64,000 nucleotides of DNA from an uncultured bacterium (GTDB taxonomy: Bacteria > Oederibacteriota > PGYV01 > CAWJRG01): assembly GCA_963845185.1 (NCBI GenBank), contig CAWJRG010000010.1, positions 448,001 to 512,000 of the forward strand, given 5' to 3'. Position numbers and translations under genes: made by a program. Below the pieces are notes generated by a model. The model was not told the origin of the DNA. It saw nothing but the letters and a program-made list of their open reading frames with translations, and did no database searches. Shown here one piece after another: positions 44,183 through 53,361 of this stretch; the first letter of the stretch is position 1; each line of letters starts with the position of its first letter.

Positions 44183-44797
44183 TTAGTTTGCAGTGACATC
44201 ATCAATATAAATGTTGCCGGACCACGCATTCGTGCCGTCGCTGACTATTTGAATCCCGATCTTCGTGACATCACTGTAATTAGACGACGACATCAGGTAA
44301 GTTATCTGGCTCCAGGTATTTGGTGTGAGATGCCCTGATATTGGCGTTGTCCCGCTCCAATAACTGCCGGCGCTGTAAAAAATATACAATTGGTATGAAT
44401 ATGTCGTGGGGAAATTACTTGGTAAAAATACGTTTATTGTCAATGTTTTTCCCTGAAGGTTCGACGGGCTGGGATTGCCTATTTCAAACTCTCCGCTTTT
44501 GGCCGTGGCTGGGAAAGAACATGTAAGCTGCACACAATAACTTCCGGATACTACGGTTCCGCCGGGTACCGAGCTCGCCGGCACATCTGTAGCGCCGGTG
44601 ATTCCAGGATCCCCGCCAATGTTCCAGCCGTCAAGGCTGCCCTCAAAGTCATAACAAAGGTAAGGTGCCGGTGTTGCCGTGGGGGTCGGCGGCAGAGGCG
44701 GCGGCATGGGCCCGTCCTGCTGCTTTCTGCAGCTTGAAATGAAAATCAGGCACATAACTACAGAAATTGCGATAATTACAGGTAATATTTTTTTCAT
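44183..44797 (-). CDS. Lipoprotein with Pro/Thr tether and one CBM-like jelly-roll
   Basis: Lipobox FISS-C; YDFEGSLDGW, NLQGKTLTINVFLP, NTWSQITY, VTKIGIQI, IYIDDV. Confidence 0.7.
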   Translation of the reverse strand: MKKILPVIIAISVVMCLIFISSCRKQQDGPMPPPLPPTPTATPAPYLCYDFEGSLDGWNIGGDPGITGATDVPASSVPGGTVVSGSYCVQLTCSFPATAKSGEFEIGNPSPSNLQGKTLTINVFLPSNFPTTYSYQLYIFYSAGSYWSGTTPISGHLTPNTWSQITYLMSSSNYSDVTKIGIQIVSDGTNAWSGNIYIDDVTAN

Positions 44798-44845
44798 GTC
44801 AAAACCTCCTCGTGATAGTGTTTATTTTTGCAAGCAAGCATAAAA

Positions 44846-44906
44846 CGCCCTGTCATCCCCCTTTAACAAAGGGGGAAACTGATCCCTCCCCCTTAACAAG
44901 GGAGTT
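44846..44906. repeat. Double-hairpin CCCCCTT-N3-AAGGGGG repeat, copy 2
   Basis: CCCTGTCATCCCCCTTTAACAAAGGGGGA...CTCCCCCTTAACAAGGGAGTTA, homologous to 15181-15252. Confidence 0.7.
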
Positions 44907-45007
44907 AAATATCCCTGTGGGATATGTAACGGGTAGAAGTCATATTGATATTCTAAAATATTACTTTTCTACCCAACAGGAGGGGGGTGCCCTTCCTATT
45001 GTTTTTA

Positions 45008-47113
45008 TTAAAACTTCATTGTCATTTTCGCGTCTATTTCCTGCGCGTTAAAGCTGTTCGAATCGTTTTTGTTGTCTTTTATGATTGTATTTGTATAAGA
45101 CATGCCTATTGTTGCTGCGCTGATAAACTGGTAATCAATTCCTGCTCCGTAGCTCGCTATGTTTTCGTCGTATTCCTGCCTGTTCTGGTATCCCCATCTG
45201 GTTCCGGTTATGTAAGTATACGGATATTCAGACCCTTTAAATGCAATATCTTTATATCCCGCTGCAAGCACCCATTTTTTGTCAGGGCTGTATTCAATGC
45301 CCATGTCTGTTATCCCCGACCTCAAATCCACGTCGTTGCCGACAGGCGCATCATTGAACGTGTATTCGTTTTTATATCCGCCCGAAAGCATAAAATCCCA
45401 TAATTTTAATTTTGCGCCCGCTTCCAGGGTGTTGAATGTCCTGGCATAATACGCCGAATCCCCGGGAAGGTACGAAATGATTTCCTCCAGGTCCGAGTAT
45501 TTTATGTAAGGCATTAAAATGCCGTCAAAATATTTCCCCGAAAGCTTGAATATCAACCCCTGCCTGTCCGGCGTTGCGTCGCCGTAAGGCATAGAGTTGT
45601 TTTCATAAAAAACATAAGGCATCAGGTTCGATCCGGGCTGAAAATACGAAGCCACAATCGCAGGATTATACCTTGTAAAAGGATAGATAAAGCCGCTAAC
45701 CGAGTACGGCGTACATGTAAGCGATGCGCTCCATGTATTGTTTTGCGTTACATAAGGAAAATTATTTTGGGCGTCATACATCCTGGTCTGGGCCGCGTAT
45801 GCGGTAAAAGAGTTGCCGTTTACAAAAAATGCCGCTTCAATTTTTGTATCGTTGTATTCTGTCTCTGCCGCAATTCTAAAAGCAGTGTCGCTTATATATT
45901 TGTTCTGCCAGCTCTGTCCGGCGTCACTGCCCGAGTAATAATCCGACGCGGCAAACTCACCTTCTACTTTCGCCATGCCCATTATATTGATTTCTCCGTT
46001 AACCGAGCCGACATAGTTGTCAAGTACCGGGTTGCCGTTTACGCTGCCCGTGTCCCGCGCGTCCTTTATTTCCACGAAATTCACGCCGAGTTTTAATATA
46101 TCCTTTAGTATTTCTGAGGATATCCTGCCCGCGCCCATGTACTGGTCGTGAGTGTACGGAATTATGATGGTGCCTGACTGGCTGAGGCCGGGTATTACCG
46201 AGTAATTTGTAAAATTTGCCGCAGCAATCCTGGCAGCCATTATATCAAATGAAACATCCGGCCCGAACAAATTTATCGTTGTGCTTGCCTTGCCGCCTGT
46301 AACGGGCCAGGAGTTATCGCCAAGGTAAAGTTCCGCTTTGTTCATGTCCCTTTTATCGGAAAAAACCTTTGATTCATCCGGCCTTTCATCGTCCACCGCC
46401 CATATTGTATACGGAGTGAGTTTTGCCTGAAAATCTCCAATTGAAAATTTTATCCGGTAATCTCCGTATATGGAAATCCTCTTTGTGACCACAATACTCT
46501 GGGATCCCCAGAACCCGCCGAACACTTCCTCCAGCCTTAAAACCGCGTCCATGGATAATCCTTTCAAAGCTATCAGGTTAAAATCAAGGTCAACATATTC
46601 GGTAATAGGCCTGAACCTTTTGGGCGCGGCGCCGGCGTATGTACTGTTATTGCCGTAAAGCAGCAGGTCGGTCATATACGCGCCTGCATCTCCGTTTATG
46701 CGCAGCCCGGTTTTGGAAAGCAGCTTGTCCTGTTTTTCCTTAAGCTGCTGTTCCTTGTTCTGCTCTTCCTTTAATTTAAGGTCTATGAGCGTCTGCTCAA
46801 TAGTGCTCAGCTTCTGGCCTGCTTCCAGCATGTCGGTCTGGAACTCTTTTACCAGGTCAAAGACTTTGTCTATGTTTTCATTTGTAGCCAGGTCGCCTGT
46901 CGCGTCGCCGAGCAGGTTGGTTACGGCGTTATTGATGTATGCCACTACATCCTGGCGTGAGAGCTGCTCCTTATCAAGCGGGGTCGTTATAACCTTCGCA
47001 TCCGCCAGGGACTTTATTGCATGGAAAGTGTCGCTGTCTATTGCCTCCTCTGCCGCAATAATCAAAGCCGGCACGAGTAAAACCGCTAAAACATATAATG
47101 TCTTTTTCAACAT
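45008..47113 (-). CDS. Outer-membrane protein: SLH-like domain, coiled coil, large beta-barrel (OmpM/SomA-like architecture)
   Basis: Signal peptide; DTFHAIKSLADAKVI..LSRQDVVAYINNA (SLH-like); VFDLVKEFQTDMLEAGQKLSTIEQTL coiled coil; barrel starting LRINGD; amphipathic strands ending DAKMTMKF. Confidence 0.68.
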   Translation of the reverse strand: MLKKTLYVLAVLLVPALIIAAEEAIDSDTFHAIKSLADAKVITTPLDKEQLSRQDVVAYINNAVTNLLGDATGDLATNENIDKVFDLVKEFQTDMLEAGQKLSTIEQTLIDLKLKEEQNKEQQLKEKQDKLLSKTGLRINGDAGAYMTDLLLYGNNSTYAGAAPKRFRPITEYVDLDFNLIALKGLSMDAVLRLEEVFGGFWGSQSIVVTKRISIYGDYRIKFSIGDFQAKLTPYTIWAVDDERPDESKVFSDKRDMNKAELYLGDNSWPVTGGKASTTINLFGPDVSFDIMAARIAAANFTNYSVIPGLSQSGTIIIPYTHDQYMGAGRISSEILKDILKLGVNFVEIKDARDTGSVNGNPVLDNYVGSVNGEINIMGMAKVEGEFAASDYYSGSDAGQSWQNKYISDTAFRIAAETEYNDTKIEAAFFVNGNSFTAYAAQTRMYDAQNNFPYVTQNNTWSASLTCTPYSVSGFIYPFTRYNPAIVASYFQPGSNLMPYVFYENNSMPYGDATPDRQGLIFKLSGKYFDGILMPYIKYSDLEEIISYLPGDSAYYARTFNTLEAGAKLKLWDFMLSGGYKNEYTFNDAPVGNDVDLRSGITDMGIEYSPDKKWVLAAGYKDIAFKGSEYPYTYITGTRWGYQNRQEYDENIASYGAGIDYQFISAATIGMSYTNTIIKDNKNDSNSFNAQEIDAKMTMKF

Positions 47114-47195
47114 TTAATTACCTCCGTGTATCACAATTTTCAATTCTCAATAAAAATGTTTTCATTGAATATTGATAATTCTTAATTGTCAATTA

Positions 47196-49673
47196 TTAAA
47201 AATAGTCCTTTACTTCCGCGTATACTTCCCAGCCGTTGAAATTATTTGCCGGAACCTCGCTGTCCTTGTGCGTAAATTCCTTCAGCCTTAAATATAGCGA
47301 TGCCCTTGAGCCGAAATCATAGTCAAACCCTGTTCCGTACGCTGTGTCAAGGTAATCAATCCCGTAAGGAATTACATTGTTCGACGCCCATCTTTCCACT
47401 GCGTAAAAACCGATTAAATTAACGCTGTTTATTATATTATACGCGAGGCACCCTGAAGTTATGTTCTGGCATAAAAGCCTGTTGGGGTTATAATCCACCA
47501 TTAAGCTGGCGTCATTGTTTAACGTGGTCAATTCGCTGTAAACCATGAGTAAAACATCCCTGTTGTATTTTATCAGCTTGTTGAGTTCATACCTGAAATC
47601 AAGCGTCAGATTGTTATAAAACTTATCGGTATTGCCGGTTACCGCGCTTGAAACCATGTATTCGGTGTTTGATTCCCATATAGCAGTCGCCAGTCCTCCC
47701 TTATTAAAATGAATAATCTGGTTTGTTAAGAGAGTATTGTCGGCAGTAGGCGCTATTCCGTACCTGTTTTTGTTATAATTTAAAAACGGCTGGTAAATAT
47801 TGCTCCCCAGCCATCCGTAATTGCTTCCAAGGAAGTTAAAATATACGGCTCCATCCCTGACATCCCCGTTTAAAAAGTGCGTTGAAAAGAACATGTTGCC
47901 CGTATCTTTGAGCTGGCTCGATACCCCGTAATTCAGCATGAACATGCCGTTTGGTATATTCACTTTCACGGTTGCCTCAATCTTATTTTCATTGTTTGAC
48001 ATTGTCGTAGGATCCTGGGCAGAAGTAATGTTTTTTATGTCTACCTGGTTTGTCGTATGATTTATCTCTTCATAAGTCGTATTATTGACGCCTGAGCCAG
48101 CCGAAAAATAATCAGAGTCTATCCTTGTGTATCTTAATTCAAGTTCCATGTTTTTTACCGGCAGCGCGGGAAACGCGTCTATAAAAAGAGCGCTCCCTGT
48201 CTGTGTAAAAGGCTTTACCGGGACAGCATTCCAGTTGTCATAAAAATCGGGATCGTTCGCGCATTTTCCGTAATTATTCGCTATTGCGAATTCTACGTTT
48301 GTTTTCATTAACTTTATCACATTGGTTTTTACGCTTGCGCCTGCCACGGTGTTGGCTATAGTAGAGTCAGTCGGCTGCCCGCTTGGCGCCCCGGCGTATA
48401 TCTCACTTTTTTCATTTGATTGATTGTAAAAATTAAGCGACCAATCCGTGTCATAAAGTCCGGGCAGGTTTTGCCTGCGGGTCAACTGGCCGGCGTATTC
48501 ATAAAGAAAATTCTGGTTATAAGTTACTTTGCCGGCCATCAGCTTGAGCTGGCCGAGCCCGAAGAAATTGCTGTTTAAAACATCCGCTCCCATCCACGGG
48601 TGCATGGACCATCTATCATCCAGATGTATAGAGTAATTGTGTATAAGGTTCTCGAAATGATCCTTTGTTTTTTCCTCACCGGCATAGATGTCCCTGTCAA
48701 AAATTATAGGCCTCAATGTTATGCCGGACGAAACGGTAAATAAACTTACGTTATCCCAGAACATTCCTGCAGTTATTTTCCAGTTGTACAAAGTAAGAGA
48801 TACGGTGGAAGTGTTGTAATTTCCATTGGCACGCGGGTCTGAAGTTCCGCCTTCTCCTACATTATATCCAAGAGATAATTCAACATTATCCATGGGCGTA
48901 CTGTCTATGGTCATGCCAAGGATGGTGCTGAGAGCCGATATGCGCATATTGCTCGCGCCGGATGATTCCATGTCCGTCCACCTTGATGTTAAATTGCCTG
49001 TTATCTTTAACGGCGGCTGGTCTGAGAAAACCGTATTTTTAAAATCATTTTCTATGTCTCCGATTTCCGCAAGCAGCGCTTCCACGCTTTCGCTGAACTT
49101 GTCTGTTTCCGGCTGGTTAATATATTTTTCCGTATCCGGCAGCTCGCTGAGTTCATTCGCGAACCTGCCGGCGTAAGCTGTAAGCGTGTCGCTGTACTCT
49201 GCCCCTGCCTGCCGGCTTACGGCTTGAGCCGTACCCGGTGTGGCTGCACGGGAAGAATTTTTGACTGCTTCCGATATATACACGGCAGCTTCTTTATTTG
49301 TTATGGCGTTGAGCTTGAAATATTTCGAATCTTCGGATTTTATCAGGCCGTCATTTGCCATATTGGAAAAGTCCGTATAAATCCTGTCTGATTGCGGGAT
49401 TATTAATTCATTTTTAGGCAAAACCGCAATTGTTGCAGCCGGTACCGGGGTTATTGCAATCACCGGGGTTGGCGGCGCTGTTGGTGTTTCTATCATTGTG
49501 TGCGCGGGCTTTATCCGCGCCTTTCTGTGTTTCTGCTTTACCACAGTTACCGGAGTTTGAATTGTTATGATGGTTGGGGTTGTTGCGGGTGTTGGATTTT
49601 TTTTCTTCGAACATGCAGTCGTAAATAAAATACCTATAAGAATTATTACGGCAACCGTAAACAATTTTTTCAT
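47196..49673 (-). CDS. Lipidated outer-membrane protein: PT tether, SLH-like domain, coiled coil, large beta-barrel
   Basis: Lipobox FTTA-C; IYTDFSNMANDGLI..ITNKEAAVYISEAV; AGRFANELSEL; barrel starting LKITGN; C-terminus GWEVYAEVKDYF. Confidence 0.62.
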   Translation of the reverse strand: MKKLFTVAVIILIGILFTTACSKKKNPTPATTPTIITIQTPVTVVKQKHRKARIKPAHTMIETPTAPPTPVIAITPVPAATIAVLPKNELIIPQSDRIYTDFSNMANDGLIKSEDSKYFKLNAITNKEAAVYISEAVKNSSRAATPGTAQAVSRQAGAEYSDTLTAYAGRFANELSELPDTEKYINQPETDKFSESVEALLAEIGDIENDFKNTVFSDQPPLKITGNLTSRWTDMESSGASNMRISALSTILGMTIDSTPMDNVELSLGYNVGEGGTSDPRANGNYNTSTVSLTLYNWKITAGMFWDNVSLFTVSSGITLRPIIFDRDIYAGEEKTKDHFENLIHNYSIHLDDRWSMHPWMGADVLNSNFFGLGQLKLMAGKVTYNQNFLYEYAGQLTRRQNLPGLYDTDWSLNFYNQSNEKSEIYAGAPSGQPTDSTIANTVAGASVKTNVIKLMKTNVEFAIANNYGKCANDPDFYDNWNAVPVKPFTQTGSALFIDAFPALPVKNMELELRYTRIDSDYFSAGSGVNNTTYEEINHTTNQVDIKNITSAQDPTTMSNNENKIEATVKVNIPNGMFMLNYGVSSQLKDTGNMFFSTHFLNGDVRDGAVYFNFLGSNYGWLGSNIYQPFLNYNKNRYGIAPTADNTLLTNQIIHFNKGGLATAIWESNTEYMVSSAVTGNTDKFYNNLTLDFRYELNKLIKYNRDVLLMVYSELTTLNNDASLMVDYNPNRLLCQNITSGCLAYNIINSVNLIGFYAVERWASNNVIPYGIDYLDTAYGTGFDYDFGSRASLYLRLKEFTHKDSEVPANNFNGWEVYAEVKDYF

Positions 49674-49854
49674 TTATAATAACTCCTGTTCAAATCAGTC
49701 ATAAAAAAAAGGATTTTATGCTTTATTTTAATCCCTTAATTTTTTAAATTATAAACCCAAGCCGTTGATACAGGTATGTCTTCTTTCTTCATTAATCCCT
49801 TTCCCTGTATTTTAAGCCGGTTAAATTCTTTAAATTAGAACCACATTCCCTGTA

Positions 49855-49882
49855 ATTATAAATGATATTATATTTATGTCAA
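49855..49882 (-). promoter_or_regulatory. Consensus sigma70 promoter driving the porin/CAZyme gene run
   Basis: TTGACA-N16-TATAAT on the minus strand, about 180 nt upstream of ATG 49673. Confidence 0.7.
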
Positions 49883-49965
49883 TAAAATTTATCGGAAAAT
49901 TGCCAAAATTTAGCTTGACTGAATCAGCAAATCATTATAGCTTGTTTAAAAAAAATAAACAAATT

Positions 49966-50036
49966 GTAGGGACGATTCGCGAATCGCCCAAAAACAAAGA
50001 AAATAAAAACCAGGGTAATTCATGAATTACCCCTGC
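49966..50036. repeat. Pair of GTAG-type REP palindromes
   Basis: GTAGGGACGATTCGCGAATCGCCC (49966-49989) and the perfect GGGTAATTCATGAATTACCC (50013-50032); a degenerate copy lies at 23246-23264. Confidence 0.75.
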
Positions 50037-50059
50037 AAAAATTAAACGAGGAGGCAGTT

Positions 50060-51718
50060 ATGAAATTTAATAGCAGGGATTTAATTTTTAAAACCATTTT
50101 TTTATTTGTTTTATTCTTTGCATTTTCAATCACAGGTTTTTGCGCTGTGGCTGACATCAGCATAAACGCTGACAAGGCAATACGTGTGTTGCCAAACGAG
50201 CTTTTCGGTCAGAATATGGCGGTATGGGAAAAAACAGGCGACGGTTCAGACCCGGGTTATATAGACGCGGTCAAGGCTATGCAGTGCGCCATTGTCAGGT
50301 TCCCTGGCGGCAGTTACGCTGATATTGTTGACTGGGAGAACATACCCCAGTGCAAACTGTCATGGGTGCCGGTGACAATGCAAAAAGGCATTGCCTTTGC
50401 CAGGGCCTGCGGCATACAAATGCAGATAATAGTTAATTACGCCGGCAACTGGTGCGACAAGGACCAGGGCCATGACGCAGCCGTGAAAAAAGCCGCGGAC
50501 TGGGTGAAATACATGAACGTTACCAACGGCGGCGCTTATCCCGTGAAATACTGGGAAATAGGCAACGAGACTTTCGGCAGCGGTGAAAGCGGATTCTGGA
50601 GCGACGACGAGGAGGGCGGCACGCGCTACGGCAACTATTTCGTGGACTTTTATAAAGCCATGAAAAAAGTGGACCCGAAAATACAGATAGGCGCCCAGTG
50701 CCAGTTTGACCATGCAGGTTTCACCAAAGGCGAGCTCGAGGCCCTGAAAGCCAAAAAAGTCGTCCCTGACTTTTTTATAATCCATGTTTACACCATCTGG
50801 CTGACTGACAGGTTAAAGGGAATGTCTTGGGACTCTACCCTTTACGCGTCAAACCCTGTGCTGGACGCCAGGATAATGGACAATGTAGCTCAGGGTATTT
50901 CAATCACCACCCAGACTGACCAGCTTGTGGAAAAATACTTCGGCAAAAAATACGTTGGAAAAATACCGTACTGGTGCACTGAGTGGCGTTCAATACTGGA
51001 TTACAAGTTTGACGAGTTTGTGGACACTATGTTCTCCGCACAGTTTCTGCTCGAGATGGGCAGGCTTGGCTGGCAGGGCGCAAATATATGGGATTTAAAA
51101 AACGGATTTGACGTGAAAAAGGGATGTGACTTTGGCCTGCTCCGCACAGGCGTGAACAAGGACGTTGCGGACGACAATCCAATAGACAGCCCGCGCCCTA
51201 CATATTATATATTCCCTTACCTGTCACGCGTGTTCGGCAGGCAGATGGTCGAGTGTACAGCGCCTGCATACGTGCCGAACGCAGTTCCCGGAAAATACCC
51301 GGTTGACTGGAACCTGAACACAGTTACAGGCAACAGGATCCGAGCGTGGGCTTCAAAGGATGCATCCGGTAACCTGACTATCTTTGTGGCAAATAATGAT
51401 TCCAATAATAGCGCGACCGCAAACATCACGATAAACGGATTTAACGCGGACAAGCAGGGGAAAATATGGCTTTTTGAGCCCTCGGGAAACACTTATTACG
51501 GCAGCGACAAGCCTGTCCTGCAGCGCACGCATTTGAAAATAAACGGCAGCGAAGACCCGTCCATCAGTTCCCTGCCCGGTGACGGCAAGACCATAGATAC
51601 CGGGAATGTTTTCAAGGTTGATTTGCCTGCTGCTTCAATGGCGCTTATAAAGGTCCCGGCTGCCCCTGTTCCCACACCGGCTTCCGCGCCAGAATCAGTA
51701 ACCAAACCAGCGAAATAA
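50060..51718 (+). CDS. Secreted clan GH-A glycoside hydrolase (GH51/GH44-like; family uncertain)
   Basis: Signal peptide; LFGQNMAVW, RFPGGSYAD, KYWEIGNE (acid/base), YWCTEW (nucleophile); C-terminal beta-sandwich. Confidence 0.72.
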   Translation: MKFNSRDLIFKTIFLFVLFFAFSITGFCAVADISINADKAIRVLPNELFGQNMAVWEKTGDGSDPGYIDAVKAMQCAIVRFPGGSYADIVDWENIPQCKLSWVPVTMQKGIAFARACGIQMQIIVNYAGNWCDKDQGHDAAVKKAADWVKYMNVTNGGAYPVKYWEIGNETFGSGESGFWSDDEEGGTRYGNYFVDFYKAMKKVDPKIQIGAQCQFDHAGFTKGELEALKAKKVVPDFFIIHVYTIWLTDRLKGMSWDSTLYASNPVLDARIMDNVAQGISITTQTDQLVEKYFGKKYVGKIPYWCTEWRSILDYKFDEFVDTMFSAQFLLEMGRLGWQGANIWDLKNGFDVKKGCDFGLLRTGVNKDVADDNPIDSPRPTYYIFPYLSRVFGRQMVECTAPAYVPNAVPGKYPVDWNLNTVTGNRIRAWASKDASGNLTIFVANNDSNNSATANITINGFNADKQGKIWLFEPSGNTYYGSDKPVLQRTHLKINGSEDPSISSLPGDGKTIDTGNVFKVDLPAASMALIKVPAAPVPTPASAPESVTKPAK

Positions 51719-51747
51719 TCTTATAAAATAAAAAGAGACGGGACCAG

Positions 51748-53361
51748 GAGTCTGTCTCAAAACTCTTTTAAACGCCTTGCATTGCCTACACTTATCGCGT
51801 TTTTTAGCCCCTATCTTTATTATTTCTCTTCTTTTCGATTTGTGGTTCTTTTCTTGTCAGGTTGCGAACCTTAATTTAACCTTACCTTCCCTCCACAAGG
51901 CATACATTGTCTTTATGTTATGGGCGGCGCATATAAAAGACCATTGTGTTTTTACGCTTTCGATTCCTCTAACACTAAATCTTGTAAAACCAAGTACGTT
52001 TTTTATACGTCCCAATAATGGCTCAACTATTGTTTTTCTCTTTCGAAGCTGTTCTTTCCAGTTATTGACCCTAGCTTCTTCTCTGTATATTGACACTATC
52101 TCCTCATACTCATGCTTATTTGCTTCTATTATCCTTCCGGATTTTACCTTGCTGCATTCGTATTTATAAATACAATCCCTATGATCCCCGCATCGGTATA
52201 TCATTGTCTCTTTTCCGTTTTTCTTCTTCCTTATACTGGTATATTCAAGCCTGCCATTTTTAGGACATACATATTCGTTTTTTTCTTTGTCGTATTTAAA
52301 ATGCGCTTTGCCATACGGCCTATCGCTGTCATCCTCCGGCAAGTTAACAATTATATTCCTTTTTTCTTCTTTGGCTTTTGCCAGTTCTTCCGGTGAATAA
52401 TACCCTCCATCCGCAAGCGTTACTCCTGATTTTTGTCCGGTATTCGACTCTGCTTTTTCTATCATATCATTCAGCATGTGAGCATCCGATTCCTTGTTTG
52501 TCACATTCTCTGCCACAATTATCTGTTTCTTTGCGTCCACAACAACCTGTGAGTTATATGCCTGTTGCAGTCCTTTACCTCTTGTCATCATGAACCGGCT
52601 GTCTCTATCTGTGGGGTTTTCAGTTGTTTTTCCTTCACTTTTCATACGTTCTATATGTTCTCTTATTACCTGACGCAGTTTCTCCTTTTCCTGCAATTCT
52701 TTTGGCATTCCGCACTTACTTTTGCCCTCTTCATCGTCTTGTTCGTCATTTTTCTCAATTTCCACCATTATTTTGTCTATTTCTCTGTCTAATTCTTGTA
52801 TTTTTTTATTCATGTCTTTTATTGTTTTGGTCTTTTCCTTATTTACATCTGCCTGTATTTTTGTGCCGTCCACGGCTTGAATTTCAAAACCAACCAAATT
52901 GTTGTTTGTTGCCACACGCACCGTCTCCTTCAGTAAAACCCTTATCTGCTCTTTATTTCCTTTAAAAAATCTCCATAGCGTATTATGGTCGGGATGATTA
53001 TTCCCGGTTATCCATATCATCCCCATTGAATCGTAAGTCATTTTTTCAACTTTTCTGCTGCTCTTTTTTCCTTCCAGTATGCCGTACATCCATGCCCCAA
53101 GTAAAAGATCTACAAAATATCCCGGTCTTCCGGTTTCTTCTTCCATTTTAAAACCCATCTCTTCAAGCGGTAATTCTTCTACGAATTCTACGACAAATCG
53201 AGCTAAATGATCTTTTGAAACCCAATCTTCTATTGCCGGTGGCAGTAGATACATTTGATTTCTATCGGCTCTTATCGTTGGCATTTGGTTTCTCCTTCGC
53301 TAAATTTTGAAACCATTATACCATTTATGTCAAAGAATTAAGAGGCTTTTGAGACAGACTC
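51748..53361 (-). mobile_element. IS1182-family insertion sequence, copy 2 (1614 bp), inserted in the loop of an intrinsic terminator
   Basis: Same IRs and length as copy 1; target duplication CCAG (51744-51747 and 53362-53365); the flanks reconstitute AAAAAGAGACGG-GACCAGTG-CCGTCTCTTTTT. Confidence 0.95.
51857..53284 (-). CDS. IS1182-family DDE transposase
   Basis: Translation identical to 15466-16893. Confidence 0.93.
   Translation of the reverse strand: MPTIRADRNQMYLLPPAIEDWVSKDHLARFVVEFVEELPLEEMGFKMEEETGRPGYFVDLLLGAWMYGILEGKKSSRKVEKMTYDSMGMIWITGNNHPDHNTLWRFFKGNKEQIRVLLKETVRVATNNNLVGFEIQAVDGTKIQADVNKEKTKTIKDMNKKIQELDREIDKIMVEIEKNDEQDDEEGKSKCGMPKELQEKEKLRQVIREHIERMKSEGKTTENPTDRDSRFMMTRGKGLQQAYNSQVVVDAKKQIIVAENVTNKESDAHMLNDMIEKAESNTGQKSGVTLADGGYYSPEELAKAKEEKRNIIVNLPEDDSDRPYGKAHFKYDKEKNEYVCPKNGRLEYTSIRKKKNGKETMIYRCGDHRDCIYKYECSKVKSGRIIEANKHEYEEIVSIYREEARVNNWKEQLRKRKTIVEPLLGRIKNVLGFTRFSVRGIESVKTQWSFICAAHNIKTMYALWREGKVKLRFAT

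Noticed and set aside
49736..49792. 18-aa leader ORF MKKEDIPVSTAWVYNLKN upstream of the porin genes
   Set aside because: Weak RBS, no attenuator structure or motif.
49811..49825. TTTAAGCCGGTTAAA as a LacI-type operator downstream of the porin promoter
   Set aside because: Single imperfect palindrome; no convincing second copy or regulator gene in the window.
15357..53361. Composite transposon delivering the CAZyme region
   Set aside because: Each IS has its own TSD (CATG versus CCAG) and its own reconstitutable target, so they inserted independently.
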